The notes below the pieces were generated by a model. The model was given only the letters and a program-made list of their open reading frames with translations. It was not told where the DNA came from and made no database searches. Below are positions 1 through 10,602 of a DNA stretch of 54,571 nt, piece after piece (positions within the stretch are counted from its first letter, which is position 1; the number at the start of each line of letters is the position of its first letter). A program made the position numbers and the translations under genes. Source of the stretch: Eubacteriales bacterium (GTDB lineage Bacteria; Bacillota; Clostridia; Oscillospirales; CAG-272); the NCBI GenBank assembly GCA_045612865.1, contig JAZKZW010000089.1, positions 1 through 54,571 of the forward strand, read 5' to 3'.

Positions 1-1
1 C

Positions 2-460
2 ACTATGAACCCCGGTACAGACTACTTCTCCTGGAAGATGTTTGTATCCATCATTCCTCCAGTGCTTTCTCTTGCTCTCGGTACTATCGCAGGTCTTGCA
101 AGATATACCAGAGCCGAGCTTTGCGAGGTTCTTACTCAGGAGTATATGCTCCTTGCGAGAACTAAGGGCTTGACAAGAGGACAGGCTACAGTTCGCCACG
201 CGATGAGAAACTCAATGGTGCCTATCTTCCCCATGATTCTTGGTGAATTCATAGGTATCATCGGCGGTTCTCTTATCGTTGAGCAGATCTTCGGTATTCC
301 CGGTGTTGGCGGTCTCTACCTTGCATCTATCACTGCGCTTGACTACAACGTTTACCTGCTTCTCAACTCCTTCTATACCCTCGTAGGCCTTGCCTCCGGT
401 ATCGTAGTTGACCTTAGCTATGGCTTTGTAGATCCTAGAATAAGAATGGGAGAAAGATAA
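2..460 (+). CDS. oppB: Oligopeptide ABC permease OppB (5'-truncated by window edge)
   Basis: ARYTRAEL..EYMLLARTKGL (EAA-loop region), VEQIFGIPGVG, C-terminal DPRIR; frame open to the window edge; TAATG overlap with oppC. Confidence 0.93.
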   Translation, partial: TMNPGTDYFSWKMFVSIIPPVLSLALGTIAGLARYTRAELCEVLTQEYMLLARTKGLTRGQATVRHAMRNSMVPIFPMILGEFIGIIGGSLIVEQIFGIPGVGGLYLASITALDYNVYLLLNSFYTLVGLASGIVVDLSYGFVDPRIRMGER

Positions 461-2061
461 TGGAAAAGAATGTAAACATTAAGAATATACCATTAGAAAA
501 GCTCCGCTTTGCAGATCCCGGACGTAGAACCGGTGATAAGAAGTTTGATACCAAGCCTATGAGCTATGCAAAGGACGTATTCAGAAGATTCTGTAAGAAC
601 AAGTCCTCTGTAGTTGCGGCTGTAATCATCATCCTTCTTGTGCTCTTCGCTATTTTTGTTCCTGTTTTCTGTGAGACAACTTATTCTAAGGCACTTACAG
701 ATACCACATATCTTACCTACAGAAACCTTCTTCCAAGAAACGAAATGTTTGTAGGCACCGGATTCTGGGATGGTGGTAAGGACACTACAATTAACAGAAA
801 CCGTTATAACACACTTAAGGCTCTTGAACAGGAGACCGGTTATAAGGCTATTACAAAGCTTGATAAATTCTACATTGAAAACGATACTCAGTACTTTGAT
901 GTAAGAATCGACTCTTATATCACACTCGGTATGGAATATTTAACCCTTACCCGTGAACAGTTCGAGGATATCCAGAGATGGCAGAACGAAACCGGTATTC
1001 AGGTTATTTATCCCGTGGTTGATACCACACTTACAAGAGTTGTAAACAAAAAAGATGAACCCCTTATTGCTGTTAGCAAGCAGCAGGATGCTAACGTTTG
1101 GTACGCTACAGATGCAAAGGGTAACCCCAGATATGAAAACGGCCAGCTTGTTGAATGTTATGCAGATAAAAATGACTTCAGATATTCAGGCTTGCTTTAT
1201 ACCGACACTTATTATAATTACGACAGCCTTCGTGTAGAGAGCGATGACGGTAATTACCTTTACGCTCAGATGTCTCACGTAACAGTTAACGGTAATATCG
1301 TTCCTTCCTACAAGGTAAGAGTATTGCTTAATAACTACTTCCACTACAGATATGGACACGAGGCATCCTTCCTCTTCGGCACTAACCAGAAGGGCCAGGA
1401 TATCCTTACAAGACTTGCAGCCGGTGCTAGATTCTCTCTTATCCTTGCTATTTGCATTTCTGCAGTAAACCTCTTCATCGGTGCTATGTATGGTGCGATC
1501 GAAGGCTTCTACGGCGGAACTGTTGACATCGTGATGGAAAGAATTTCTGATATTCTCGGCGGTATGCCCTCAATGGTAGTTATGTCGCTGTTCCAGCTCC
1601 ACCTTGCATCAAAGGTTGGTCCGGTATGGTCGATGGTATTCGCCTTCATTCTGACCGGATGGCTGGGTATGGCAGGTAGAACCCGTATGCAGTTCTATAG
1701 ATTCAAGCATCAGGAGTACGTTCTTTCTGCAAAGACTCTCGGTGCAAGTGACAGAAGACTTATCTTTAAGCACATCTTCCCCAACGCTATGGGTACACTT
1801 ATCACAGGTTCCGTTCTCTCAATTCCCGGAGTTATCTTCTCCGAGTCCAGCTTGACATACCTCGGTATCGTTAACCTTGAGAGCTCTACACAGACATCTG
1901 TTGGTACACTTCTTTCCGGTGGTCAGGGCGTTCTTTCCACCTACCCACACATTATTTTGTTCCCCGCGTTGTTCATTTCCTTGCTTGAGATTTCGTTCAA
2001 CCTCTTCGGTAACGGTCTCCGCGACGCTTTCAACCCATCACTGAAGGGAATCGAGGATTGA
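460..2061 (+). CDS. oppC: Oligopeptide ABC permease OppC with ~230-aa extracytoplasmic insertion
   Basis: RRFCKNK OppC_N motif, FLFGTNQKGQD, EYVLSAKTLGAS, KHIFPN, GNGLRDAFNP. Confidence 0.93.
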   Translation: MEKNVNIKNIPLEKLRFADPGRRTGDKKFDTKPMSYAKDVFRRFCKNKSSVVAAVIIILLVLFAIFVPVFCETTYSKALTDTTYLTYRNLLPRNEMFVGTGFWDGGKDTTINRNRYNTLKALEQETGYKAITKLDKFYIENDTQYFDVRIDSYITLGMEYLTLTREQFEDIQRWQNETGIQVIYPVVDTTLTRVVNKKDEPLIAVSKQQDANVWYATDAKGNPRYENGQLVECYADKNDFRYSGLLYTDTYYNYDSLRVESDDGNYLYAQMSHVTVNGNIVPSYKVRVLLNNYFHYRYGHEASFLFGTNQKGQDILTRLAAGARFSLILAICISAVNLFIGAMYGAIEGFYGGTVDIVMERISDILGGMPSMVVMSLFQLHLASKVGPVWSMVFAFILTGWLGMAGRTRMQFYRFKHQEYVLSAKTLGASDRRLIFKHIFPNAMGTLITGSVLSIPGVIFSESSLTYLGIVNLESSTQTSVGTLLSGGQGVLSTYPHIILFPALFISLLEISFNLFGNGLRDAFNPSLKGIED

Positions 2062-2065
2062 TAAT

Positions 2066-4255
2066 ATGGAAAAGAAATTAGAAGTAAAAAATTTAAAAAT
2101 ATCATTCAAAACAGTAAACGGTAAGGTTCAGGCCGTTAGAAATATAAACTTTGATTTGCATAAGGGCGAAACTCTTGCCATCGTTGGTGAGTCCGGCTCC
2201 GGTAAGTCTGTTACCTCAAAGTCCATTCTTGGTATTCTTGCAGGTAATGCGATGATCGAATCCGGTGAGATCATTTACGACGGTCAGGACCTTCTCAAGA
2301 TCAGCGAAGAGGACTTCCACAAGATCCGTGGTGACAAAATCGCAATGATCTTCCAGGATCCTATGTCTTCTCTTAACCCCATTATGAAGATTGGTAAGCA
2401 GCTCACCGAGGCTATGCTCCTTAAGGGTAAGGCAAGACAGAAGGCTAGCCGTAATGCATTCAATAGCACACTTGCTCTTCTTAAGAAGACTATGGTTAAG
2501 GCTATTACAGAGGGTGGCTACACCAGCCTTACAGGTAAGAGAATCGAAAGCCTTACCGAAGAACAGATCAGCAAGCTTTGCAAGGATTTCGATACATTCG
2601 AGTTTAAGCATATCGAGCTTGAGCAGAAGTATAATGCAGCTCACGAATCTGCTAACGAGGCTATTCCTCTTATCGACGATGCTCTCTTCCACATTGAGAA
2701 GAATGCATTTAAGAACTGCAAGGCTGATGTTAAGGAAATTTGCACTCTTGCAAAGAAGACAGTTCACGAATACGTTGTGTCTGAGAACGAAGCAAGACTT
2801 CTTCAGCTTGTAAAGGAAATTTCTCGTTGCTACACAATAGAGCACAGAGGCGGCAAGTTTGCAGTTACAGCAAAGAAGCTTGCAGAGCTTAAGGCAATTC
2901 TCACAAGCGCAGTAGCAAAGGATGCACCAGACTTCTTCAGAATGGGTTACTATCTTACATTTGCTGATCAGCCACTTCCAAATATGCCTGTTAAGGAGCT
3001 CAACGAATACCTCCTTAAGTATCTTGACGAGCATTTCATGCTCCGCTTCCTTGGCTTCATTGAAGCAACTCTCAAATATTCTGCAATCATCTACGATAAG
3101 GAAAAGAGAGAAGCTCTTGAATATGCAAAGAGATCTATCAGAACATTTAGTAAGAGTGGTCGCTATCACAAGAAGACTGTTTATGCTTGTGCAAATGCAG
3201 TTATTAAAGAGGTTGAAGAGTCTATTGACAGACTTGAGATCCGCAAGGATAGTATTGCATATACTTTCAAGACCAGCCTTATTCACGCTATCGACAGCTA
3301 CTTTGGCGCGATAAAGAAGAATAAAGCAAGCAAGAAGATTCACGATAAGCAGCAGGCTAAGTATAACCGCCTTGTTAGAATGGGCAAGAAGCCTGACTGG
3401 AAGGTTGTTCCTGCAGCATACATCGATCTCGAAGACGTTAAGCGCGACGTTGTTAGCGTAGTTGAAAGATTTGTTACTCACTATCAGAAGCGCCTTGCAG
3501 AAAGTGCAAATCGTAACTTTGCAAAGGAAACTGTTGACCTTATCGACTTCTTCAAGCAGAATGCTTCCGATACAGTTTACAAGGTAACACAGAGCATGGC
3601 TAAGCGCAAGGCTATCAAGCTTATGGAAGAGGTTGGTATCTCCGAGCCCGCTAAGAGATTCAAGCAGTATCCCTTCGAGTTCTCCGGTGGTATGAGACAG
3701 AGAATAGTTATTGCTATCGCTCTTGCAGCTAACCCCGATATCCTTATTTGTGACGAGCCTACAACAGCTCTTGACGTTACAATCCAGGCTCAGATCCTTG
3801 AGCTTATCAACAAGATCAAAGAAGAGCGTCAGCTCTCAATCATATTCATCACTCACGACCTTGGCGTTGTTGCTAACATGGCTGACAGAATTGCGGTTAT
3901 GTACGCAGGTAAGATCGTTGAGTGTGGTACTGCAGAAGATATATTCTATGCTCCTGCACATCCTTATACATGGGCGCTTCTTTCTTCCATGCCCGACCTT
4001 GATACAAAGGATAAATTGGAAGCAATTCCCGGTACACCTCCTAACATGATCTATCCTCCCGTTGGCGATGCTTTCGCAGACCGTAACAAGTATGCGCTTG
4101 AGATCGACTTCGAGATGCAGCCTCCTATGTTCAAGATTTCCGAAACTCACCAGGCTGCTACATGGCTCCTCCATCCCCAGGCGCCAAAGATCGGTATGCC
4201 AAAGGTTGTTGCCGATAGAATTGAAAGAATGAGAAAACGTGGAGGTAATCAGTAA
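2066..4255 (+). CDS. oppD: Oligopeptide ABC ATPase OppD with ~390-aa insertion
   Basis: Walker A GESGSGKS, IFQDPM Q-loop, FSGGMRQR, ICDEPTTALD, HPYT C-terminal motif. Confidence 0.93.
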   Translation: MEKKLEVKNLKISFKTVNGKVQAVRNINFDLHKGETLAIVGESGSGKSVTSKSILGILAGNAMIESGEIIYDGQDLLKISEEDFHKIRGDKIAMIFQDPMSSLNPIMKIGKQLTEAMLLKGKARQKASRNAFNSTLALLKKTMVKAITEGGYTSLTGKRIESLTEEQISKLCKDFDTFEFKHIELEQKYNAAHESANEAIPLIDDALFHIEKNAFKNCKADVKEICTLAKKTVHEYVVSENEARLLQLVKEISRCYTIEHRGGKFAVTAKKLAELKAILTSAVAKDAPDFFRMGYYLTFADQPLPNMPVKELNEYLLKYLDEHFMLRFLGFIEATLKYSAIIYDKEKREALEYAKRSIRTFSKSGRYHKKTVYACANAVIKEVEESIDRLEIRKDSIAYTFKTSLIHAIDSYFGAIKKNKASKKIHDKQQAKYNRLVRMGKKPDWKVVPAAYIDLEDVKRDVVSVVERFVTHYQKRLAESANRNFAKETVDLIDFFKQNASDTVYKVTQSMAKRKAIKLMEEVGISEPAKRFKQYPFEFSGGMRQRIVIAIALAANPDILICDEPTTALDVTIQAQILELINKIKEERQLSIIFITHDLGVVANMADRIAVMYAGKIVECGTAEDIFYAPAHPYTWALLSSMPDLDTKDKLEAIPGTPPNMIYPPVGDAFADRNKYALEIDFEMQPPMFKISETHQAATWLLHPQAPKIGMPKVVADRIERMRKRGGNQ

Positions 4256-5355
4256 TGGCAAATACACCGAATAATAACGAAGTTTTGCTCAAGGTTGAGC
4301 ACCTCTGCCAGTATTTCGGCTTTAACAAGGCTGTTGACGACGTAAGCTTTGACGTTAAAAAGGGTGAGGTATTCGGACTTGTTGGTGAGTCTGGATGCGG
4401 AAAAACCACAACCGGTCGTTCTATCATTGGTCTTTATGATATTACAGGTGGTAACGTTTACTTTAAGGGCAAGAGAATTGCTACAGGTACAGGTCACTAC
4501 AAGTACACAATTAAAAAGGCTGAAATGAAGATCAAGCAGCTCAAAAAGGATAGAAGATTTGCTAAATTATCAGAGCGCAGAGATATCAGAGATGAGATTA
4601 AGGAAAACCACGAGCTCATCCAGCAGCAAAAGCGCGATATGAAGGTAGCTATCCGTGATAAGAGACATATCGACAAGAAGCTCAGAACAAAGATTCAGAT
4701 GATCTTCCAGGATCCCATTGCTTCTCTTGACCCCCGTATGACAGTTCGCGATATTATTGCAGAGGGACTTATCATCAATGGTATGAAGGATAAGAAGGAG
4801 ATCGACGAGAAGGTATATAAGATCCTTGAGCTTGTAGGTCTTGTAAAAGAGCACGCTTCTCGTTATCCTCACGAGTTCTCCGGTGGACAGAAGCAGAGAA
4901 TTGGTGTTGCACGTGCAGTAATTATGGAGCCCGATCTCATTATCGCAGACGAGCCCGTTTCCGCACTTGACGTTTCTATTCAGGCTCAGGTTATTAACCT
5001 TCTCAACGATCTTCGTCACGAGCTTGGTCTTACCATTCTTTTCATTGCCCATGACCTTTCTGTTGTAAAGTACTTCTCTGACAGAATCGGTGTTATGTAC
5101 TTTGGTAAGATGGTTGAGCTTGCTCCCGCTGACGAGCTATTCAGAAACCCACTTCACCCCTATACTAAGTCACTTCTTTCCGCTATTCCTCTTCCCGACC
5201 CAATGTACGAGAAGAAGAGACAGAGAATCGTTTATAATCCTCTTGCATCCCACGATTATTCTAAGGAACAGCCCAAGATGCATGAGGTTAAGCCCGGACA
5301 CTTTGTATATTGCAACTCCGCAGAATTAAGACAGTACCAGAAGGAATTGAAATAA
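4255..5355 (+). CDS. oppF: Oligopeptide ABC ATPase OppF with short basic insertion
   Basis: GESGCGKTT, FSGGQKQR, ADEPVSALD, HPYTKSLLSAIP. Confidence 0.93.
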   Translation: MANTPNNNEVLLKVEHLCQYFGFNKAVDDVSFDVKKGEVFGLVGESGCGKTTTGRSIIGLYDITGGNVYFKGKRIATGTGHYKYTIKKAEMKIKQLKKDRRFAKLSERRDIRDEIKENHELIQQQKRDMKVAIRDKRHIDKKLRTKIQMIFQDPIASLDPRMTVRDIIAEGLIINGMKDKKEIDEKVYKILELVGLVKEHASRYPHEFSGGQKQRIGVARAVIMEPDLIIADEPVSALDVSIQAQVINLLNDLRHELGLTILFIAHDLSVVKYFSDRIGVMYFGKMVELAPADELFRNPLHPYTKSLLSAIPLPDPMYEKKRQRIVYNPLASHDYSKEQPKMHEVKPGHFVYCNSAELRQYQKELK

Positions 5356-5358
5356 CAA

Positions 5359-5784
5359 ATGGAAAATAAACACAAAAAGCTGATCACTTGGGCTATTGCC
5401 GGCGTAGTATCCCTGATCGCCATATTGCTGGTGACTTCCTACAGAATAAAAACCCCTATATACGATATGTCACAAACACCTCCGGTTCAGATTCAAATGC
5501 CTGTAATTCAGGCTGTTAGTGACGGATTTTTCGTTGCGGGATTGATGTTTACGGGCTTTGGACTTCTGCTCTGGATCTCCACGACAGGAGTGCTTGATAT
5601 CATCACTTATGGTTTCAAATCCTTGCTTTATCTCTTTACTCCTTATCAGAAAAGTAAAGATGAGGGCGGATTTTATGAATACAAGCTTGAAAAAAGGGCT
5701 AAAAGAAAATCTGTGCCCTTCGAGTATTTATGGCTCGGACTTGGCTGGATCGTTGTGTCCTTTATATTAACTTTATTCGTATAA
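5359..5784 (+). CDS. DUF3899-like membrane protein at the end of the opp operon
   Basis: Three hydrophobic segments, DGFFVAG..GVLDIITYG pattern, 3 bp after oppF; DUF3899 genes are typical opp neighbours. Confidence 0.65.
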   Translation: MENKHKKLITWAIAGVVSLIAILLVTSYRIKTPIYDMSQTPPVQIQMPVIQAVSDGFFVAGLMFTGFGLLLWISTTGVLDIITYGFKSLLYLFTPYQKSKDEGGFYEYKLEKRAKRKSVPFEYLWLGLGWIVVSFILTLFV

Positions 5785-5798
5785 AAATATATAGTTTT

Positions 5799-5839
5799 AA
5801 GAGGCTATCTCGGCGCAATATCCGGGGTAGCTTCTTTTT
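5799..5839 (+). terminator. Rho-independent terminator of the opp operon
   Basis: AAGAGGCTATCTCGG / CCGGGGTAGCTTC stem (with G-U pairs) followed by a T run. Confidence 0.75.
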
Positions 5840-5874
5840 GTTTTTCGCTTTTTTCTAATGTTTACAAAAAGTTA

Positions 5875-5903
5875 TTGAATTGTATTATATATTATGGTAT
5901 AAT
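5875..5903 (+). promoter_or_regulatory. sigmaA promoter of the transglutaminase-like gene
   Basis: TTGAAT-17 bp-TATAAT with extended TG. Confidence 0.7.
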
Positions 5904-5936
5904 AAAGCATAACAGTAAATTAAAGGAGAGATTTTT

Positions 5937-7475
5937 ATGAAAAGTATTCTCAAAAGATTGTTGGTTTTGATTTTTGCTTTTATTATAGTGCTTTCTATGA
6001 CATCTTGTGATGCTATTCTTGGGATATTGCTTGGCGGAAATATAGATGATACCGAGCCTAAAGATGATGCAATTGTCGATACCGGTGTGGAAATTTTATC
6101 TGATAAAAACCAGACTTTAAGCCCTACAAATCCCTACTATGGTTTACAAAGTGGTTATAATTTCAATACAACCTTGACCGATGATGAAGTACACGTAGTT
6201 TCAAGCTATGCGGAAATTGACGCAGTTTTTGATTATGCTATTGCTAACTGCTATAAGTCTGTAAAGTTTGATTTCAAAAATATGCTTACCGGCTTTAAGG
6301 ATGTTGAGGATTTCTTCTTAAACGGATATTTAAAAAATGAAAATAAAGAGCTGAGTCACCTTGCTTATTATGAGTATTCATTTGCAACACGTTATCCTAC
6401 CTTCACGCTGATATATGACACAGAAACAGCGTCTTGCGTGATTCCTCAAACAGTAAAAAATACATATAAAAACTATAAAAACGGTAATATGCTGGTTCGT
6501 GATTATCTTGATGGTGAACCAAAGAGATCGGCTGATTTTGAGGATTTTGCTATAACCAAGAATAATGCAGGAACTATGGCGGTTTATAACTCCGAGAGCT
6601 TGTGGTGGGCACTTGAGCACAACTATCTCCCTGTGTTCCCGGCAAAAAATACCAAGGCAGAGGCCTTTTATGAGGAGGCAAAGAGCATTCTTAGAAGCAT
6701 CGTAAACGACGATATGACAGACTATGAAAAGGCTCTTGCAATTTATGAATACCTTGTTGATATGGTAAGCTATGACTATGATGCCTTGGACGCAGCCGAA
6801 AGTGAGAGCGGACCAAACAACGTTTGCTATTTCCTCGAGGGTGTGTTTGAATATAAGAGAGCGGTATGTGACGGAAAGAGCAAGGCATTTGTTCTCCTTT
6901 GCAGAATGGAAGGTATCGAGTGTGTTCGTGACTGGGGCGAATCTTATATACCAAATCAATCCGGCCATGCTTGGAACTACATTAAAATTGATGGCGTGTG
7001 GTATATGGTAGATACTACAGCAGGTGATGCAGGAATTAATTTTACCGATCTGAACAAAAAGGCGGAGATTGCTGACTATGCCTTCTTCCTTTGCCCTGTA
7101 AACACCTATAAGAAGGGTGCTGGATATAGTGACACCAACTATATATATAGCGGAATTTGGGACGATCTCCTTGAGGGAAATAACAACAACTCAAATAGAG
7201 CGAGCAAATATTATGAAGTTGACGTTGATGCAAATGGTAATGATTTTGTAATCAGCACATATAGAGAGCTCAATTATATAGTTGATGCAATGTTTGACGC
7301 AACAGGTGATGAGATTTATAAGAACTACTCATTAAAGTTTACTCCTGTGGGCAATGACATAAAAAATAATATCTTTACATATCTTGATGACGCTATTGAT
7401 GTTGCAAACGTGGATTATTACATCTACGACTACACAGATGTTGGTTATTATCTGGTACTGTTCATAGCGAAATAG
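5937..7475 (+). CDS. Transglutaminase-like (Cys-His-Asp) lipoprotein
   Basis: Lipobox MTSC; AVCDGKSKAF, GHAWN, WYMVDTT triad motifs; RBS AAAGGAG. Confidence 0.85.
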   Translation: MKSILKRLLVLIFAFIIVLSMTSCDAILGILLGGNIDDTEPKDDAIVDTGVEILSDKNQTLSPTNPYYGLQSGYNFNTTLTDDEVHVVSSYAEIDAVFDYAIANCYKSVKFDFKNMLTGFKDVEDFFLNGYLKNENKELSHLAYYEYSFATRYPTFTLIYDTETASCVIPQTVKNTYKNYKNGNMLVRDYLDGEPKRSADFEDFAITKNNAGTMAVYNSESLWWALEHNYLPVFPAKNTKAEAFYEEAKSILRSIVNDDMTDYEKALAIYEYLVDMVSYDYDALDAAESESGPNNVCYFLEGVFEYKRAVCDGKSKAFVLLCRMEGIECVRDWGESYIPNQSGHAWNYIKIDGVWYMVDTTAGDAGINFTDLNKKAEIADYAFFLCPVNTYKKGAGYSDTNYIYSGIWDDLLEGNNNNSNRASKYYEVDVDANGNDFVISTYRELNYIVDAMFDATGDEIYKNYSLKFTPVGNDIKNNIFTYLDDAIDVANVDYYIYDYTDVGYYLVLFIAK

Positions 7476-7498
7476 TGCAAATAGCGTAACCTTATTTT

Positions 7499-7533
7499 GA
7501 GGGCTGCTCTAAAACGGCAGCCCTCTCTTTTTT
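7499..7533 (+). terminator. Rho-independent terminator
   Basis: GAGGGCTGC / GCAGCCCTC stem plus T run. Confidence 0.8.
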
Positions 7534-7559
7534 ATTTTGTAAACAATTATTAAATACGG

Positions 7560-7588
7560 TTGACAAATACCCCCATAGGGTATATAAT
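7560..7588 (+). promoter_or_regulatory. csoR-copA sigmaA promoter with CsoR operator in the spacer
   Basis: TTGACA(7560-65)-17-TATAAT(7583-88); ATACCCCCATAGGGTAT (7567-7583) fits the TACC-n7-GGTA C/G-tract CsoR operator. Confidence 0.9.
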
Positions 7589-7622
7589 ATAATTAAAACA
7601 AACATAATTTAAGGAGTGCTTT

Positions 7623-7916
7623 ATGGAAAATTGTTGCGAAAAAACAAAAAAGCGCGCCGATGATGAAAAGCGCGCCCTGATCAACAGGCTATCCAGGATC
7701 GAGGGGCAGGTAAGAGGCATAAAGTCCATGGTAGAGGATGATAAATACTGCGTTGACATATTGACCCAGACCGCGGCTGTTTCGTCGGCTATTGGCTCTT
7801 TTTCTCGCGAGATTCTTGAGGCTCATATAAGATCCTGCGTTATAGACGGGGTAAAAAGCGGAGATAATGAGAAAATAGAAGAGCTGATTTCTGTGATTGA
7901 GAGGTTTATGAAATGA
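7623..7916 (+). CDS. csoR: Copper-sensing repressor CsoR
   Basis: [23 protein letters not shown] (Cys/His/Cys Cu(I) ligands). Confidence 0.93.
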   Translation: MENCCEKTKKRADDEKRALINRLSRIEGQVRGIKSMVEDDKYCVDILTQTAAVSSAIGSFSREILEAHIRSCVIDGVKSGDNEKIEELISVIERFMK

Positions 7917-10417
7917 TGGAAAAAAGGCACTTTGATGTTTTGGGTATGAGCTGTGCTGCCTGCTCGGCTAGGGTGGAGCGCGCGGTATCTGTGGTGGCAG
8001 GAGTAGAGGAATGCCAGGTAAATCTTCTTGCAAATTCAATGACAGTGGTGGGGGATGCGCTGACAGAAAATATTATTTCCGCGGTAGAAGATGCGGGATA
8101 CTCTGCGACGTTGAAAGGTGATAAAAGTCCTCAAAAAGAAAATAAAAGTTTACAAAATAGTGAAAAAACTGTTCTTATAAGGCGACTTGTTGCATCGCTT
8201 GCATTGATGATTCCCCTGATGTATATCTCTATGGGTCACGTTATGTGGAGAGCCTTTTTGCCCGGGGTGCTAGCAAAAAATCCCTTGGCTATTGCTATCG
8301 TTGAGATGCTGCTTGCTGCCGCTGTTATGGTAATCAACCAAAAGTTCTTTATAAACGGTTTTAAGGGTGTAATTCATAAGTCGCCCAATATGGACACTCT
8401 CGTTTCTCTTGGCTCGGGTGCTTCGTTCCTTTATAGCGTTTGGGTGCTGTTCTCTATGAGCGCGGAATGTGTGTCAGGAAATGTATCTACGGCATACCAC
8501 CACCTTCACGGACTTTATTTTGAATCTGCCGCAATGATATTGACCTTGATTACTGTTGGAAAGCTTCTTGAGGCACTAGCAAAAGGCAGAACCACCGATG
8601 CTATAAACAGCCTGCTTGAGCTGTCGCCAAAAACTGCAACAGTAATAAGAGATGGGGTGGAGCTGACTGTGCCTGCAGAGGAGGTTATGGTTGGCGAGGT
8701 GTTTGTTGTAAGGCCCGGTGAGATGATCGCCGTTGACGGAGTTGTTGTTGAGGGCGAGAGCCAGATTGTGGAGTCAGCGCTTACCGGCGAGAGCTTACCT
8801 GCTGAAAAGACTGTGGGTTCATCTGTTTTGGCAGCGACAGTAAATCAGTCCGGATTTTTGAAATGCAGAGCTACAAGGGCGCTAAACGAAACCACCTATT
8901 CAAAGGTAATCAAAATGGTGGAGGAGGCATCTGCCAGCAAAGCACCAATTGCCAAGCTCGCGGACAAGGTATCGGGCGTTTTTGTACCCGTTGTTCTTTT
9001 GCTTTCTGCACTTACTCTGGCGGTTCATATCTTACTTAAGTCGGACGTTGAGGTTGCGATTTCCTCGGCTATTGCGGTACTGGTTGTCAGCTGTCCTTGT
9101 GCTCTCGGACTTGCGACTCCTGTTGCCATTATGGTAGGCTCCGGCGTTGGTGCAAGGCTTGGTATTCTCTATAAAAATGCTACCGCTCTTGAGCTTTCGG
9201 GTAGGGTGAGGACCGTTGTGTTTGATAAGACCGGAACCGTTACAAACGGCGACATGAGAGTGGTGGATGTTATACCCTGTGATGCTTCTCGCAGAGATGA
9301 TCTGCTGTTTTATGCGGCGGCTGTAGAAAAAATGAGCGAGCATCCAATTTCGGTTGCAATTAAGAAATATGTAAATAAAGATTTGCAAAATGTTGATATT
9401 TCAGGCTTTAAAGCAGTGAGCGGCAGCGGAGTGTTTGCCAAGGTAAACGGAAAAGATGTTATGGGCGTCAACCTGAAAACCGCTACCGAAAGAGTGTCTA
9501 TAAATCCCAAATATGTGACCTTGGGCGAAGAACTTTCGGAGGGAGGAAAAACACCTCTTTACTTTATTTTGGACGGCGATTTGATAGGCATTATATCGGT
9601 TGCAGACACCCTGCGTGAAACTGCGGTATCGGCTGTCGGCGAGCTTCGAGAGATGGGTATAAAAACCGTTCTTCTCACCGGCGATAACAAACGAGTTGCA
9701 AGGGCTATTGGCACTCCCCTCGGCGTGGATGAAATCATATCGGACGTGCTTCCGAACGATAAGGAGGAGGTAGTTCGCACCCTTATGAAAGATGGCAGAG
9801 TGATGATGGTTGGAGATGGCATTAATGATGCGCCCGCCCTTACTCGCGCTGATGTTGGCGTTGCCATTGGTGGAGGTACGGATATTGCAATAGAGTCCAG
9901 CGACGTTGTGCTGATGAGCGATGATGTAAAGGATATTCCCAGAGCTATCAGGCTTGGCAAACGCGTGCTTTTGAACATCAAGGAAAATCTTTTCTGGGCA
10001 TTTATTTATAACATTGTTGGTATTCCGCTTGCTATGGGAGCTTTCAGGGGCATCGGACTTGAGCTTACACCTATGTTTGGCGCGGCGGCTATGAGCGTAT
10101 CCAGCTTTATTGTTGTTATGAACGCTCTGCGATTAAATATGTTTGAAAGAAGAAAAAATACAGAAATAAAAGAAGAAATCAAAGAAGAAATTATAACCGA
10201 AAAGGAGATATTAACTATGACAGTTGAACTTAAAATTGAAGGAATGATGTGCCCCCATTGTGAGGCTAGAGTAAAGTCGGTTCTTGAGGCGCAGAGCGGA
10301 GTTAGCGAAGCAATCGTTAGCCACAATGACGGTACTGCAAAAATCAGCGGTGAGGACCTTGACAGAGATTTACTTGCAAGTGCGGTTGAGGGCGCGGGAT
10401 ACAAGGTAGTTGGCTGA
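7913..10417 (+). CDS. copA: Cu(I)-exporting P1B-type ATPase with N- and C-terminal HMA domains
   Basis: [38 protein letters not shown] and MxxSS motifs; C-terminal GMMCPHC. Confidence 0.95.
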   Translation: MMEKRHFDVLGMSCAACSARVERAVSVVAGVEECQVNLLANSMTVVGDALTENIISAVEDAGYSATLKGDKSPQKENKSLQNSEKTVLIRRLVASLALMIPLMYISMGHVMWRAFLPGVLAKNPLAIAIVEMLLAAAVMVINQKFFINGFKGVIHKSPNMDTLVSLGSGASFLYSVWVLFSMSAECVSGNVSTAYHHLHGLYFESAAMILTLITVGKLLEALAKGRTTDAINSLLELSPKTATVIRDGVELTVPAEEVMVGEVFVVRPGEMIAVDGVVVEGESQIVESALTGESLPAEKTVGSSVLAATVNQSGFLKCRATRALNETTYSKVIKMVEEASASKAPIAKLADKVSGVFVPVVLLLSALTLAVHILLKSDVEVAISSAIAVLVVSCPCALGLATPVAIMVGSGVGARLGILYKNATALELSGRVRTVVFDKTGTVTNGDMRVVDVIPCDASRRDDLLFYAAAVEKMSEHPISVAIKKYVNKDLQNVDISGFKAVSGSGVFAKVNGKDVMGVNLKTATERVSINPKYVTLGEELSEGGKTPLYFILDGDLIGIISVADTLRETAVSAVGELREMGIKTVLLTGDNKRVARAIGTPLGVDEIISDVLPNDKEEVVRTLMKDGRVMMVGDGINDAPALTRADVGVAIGGGTDIAIESSDVVLMSDDVKDIPRAIRLGKRVLLNIKENLFWAFIYNIVGIPLAMGAFRGIGLELTPMFGAAAMSVSSFIVVMNALRLNMFERRKNTEIKEEIKEEIITEKEILTMTVELKIEGMMCPHCEARVKSVLEAQSGVSEAIVSHNDGTAKISGEDLDRDLLASAVEGAGYKVVG

Positions 10418-10446
10418 TAAGTTGTTAAAAATAAATAAATTTTTTT

Positions 10447-10477
10447 CGGGCGATCGATTTTGGTCGCCTCTTTTTTT
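10447..10477 (+). terminator. Rho-independent terminator after copA
   Basis: GGCGATC / GGTCGCC stem plus T run. Confidence 0.65.
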
Positions 10478-10517
10478 GTCTAAAATGTACACAAAACGCG
10501 CCCGTGTAAAAAAACAC

Positions 10518-10546
10518 TTGAAAAACAGAGGGATTTTTGATATAAT
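10518..10546 (+). promoter_or_regulatory. sigmaA promoter of the Na/Pi cotransporter
   Basis: TTGAAA-17-TATAAT with extended TG. Confidence 0.75.
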
Positions 10547-10602
10547 GTTATCGTGAAATTCTGCGGACTTTTTGTTCGTGTGTTTTTTCGAAAGGAAATA
10601 CT

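Noticed and set aside
2425-3590. OppD insert as an intein or mobile element
   Set aside because: No Cys/Ser start or His-Asn end, no LAGLIDADG or transposase motifs, and codon usage matches the flanks.
460-4255. Mycoplasma origin (code 4) suggested by the enlarged Opp subunits
   Set aside because: TGA serves as a stop (e.g. oppC, csoR, copA), Trp is encoded by TGG, and gene content is clostridial.
10163-10192. GAAAT(A/C)AAAGAA repeat in copA
   Set aside because: Short in-frame low-complexity linker (EIKE) before the C-terminal HMA domain; unremarkable.
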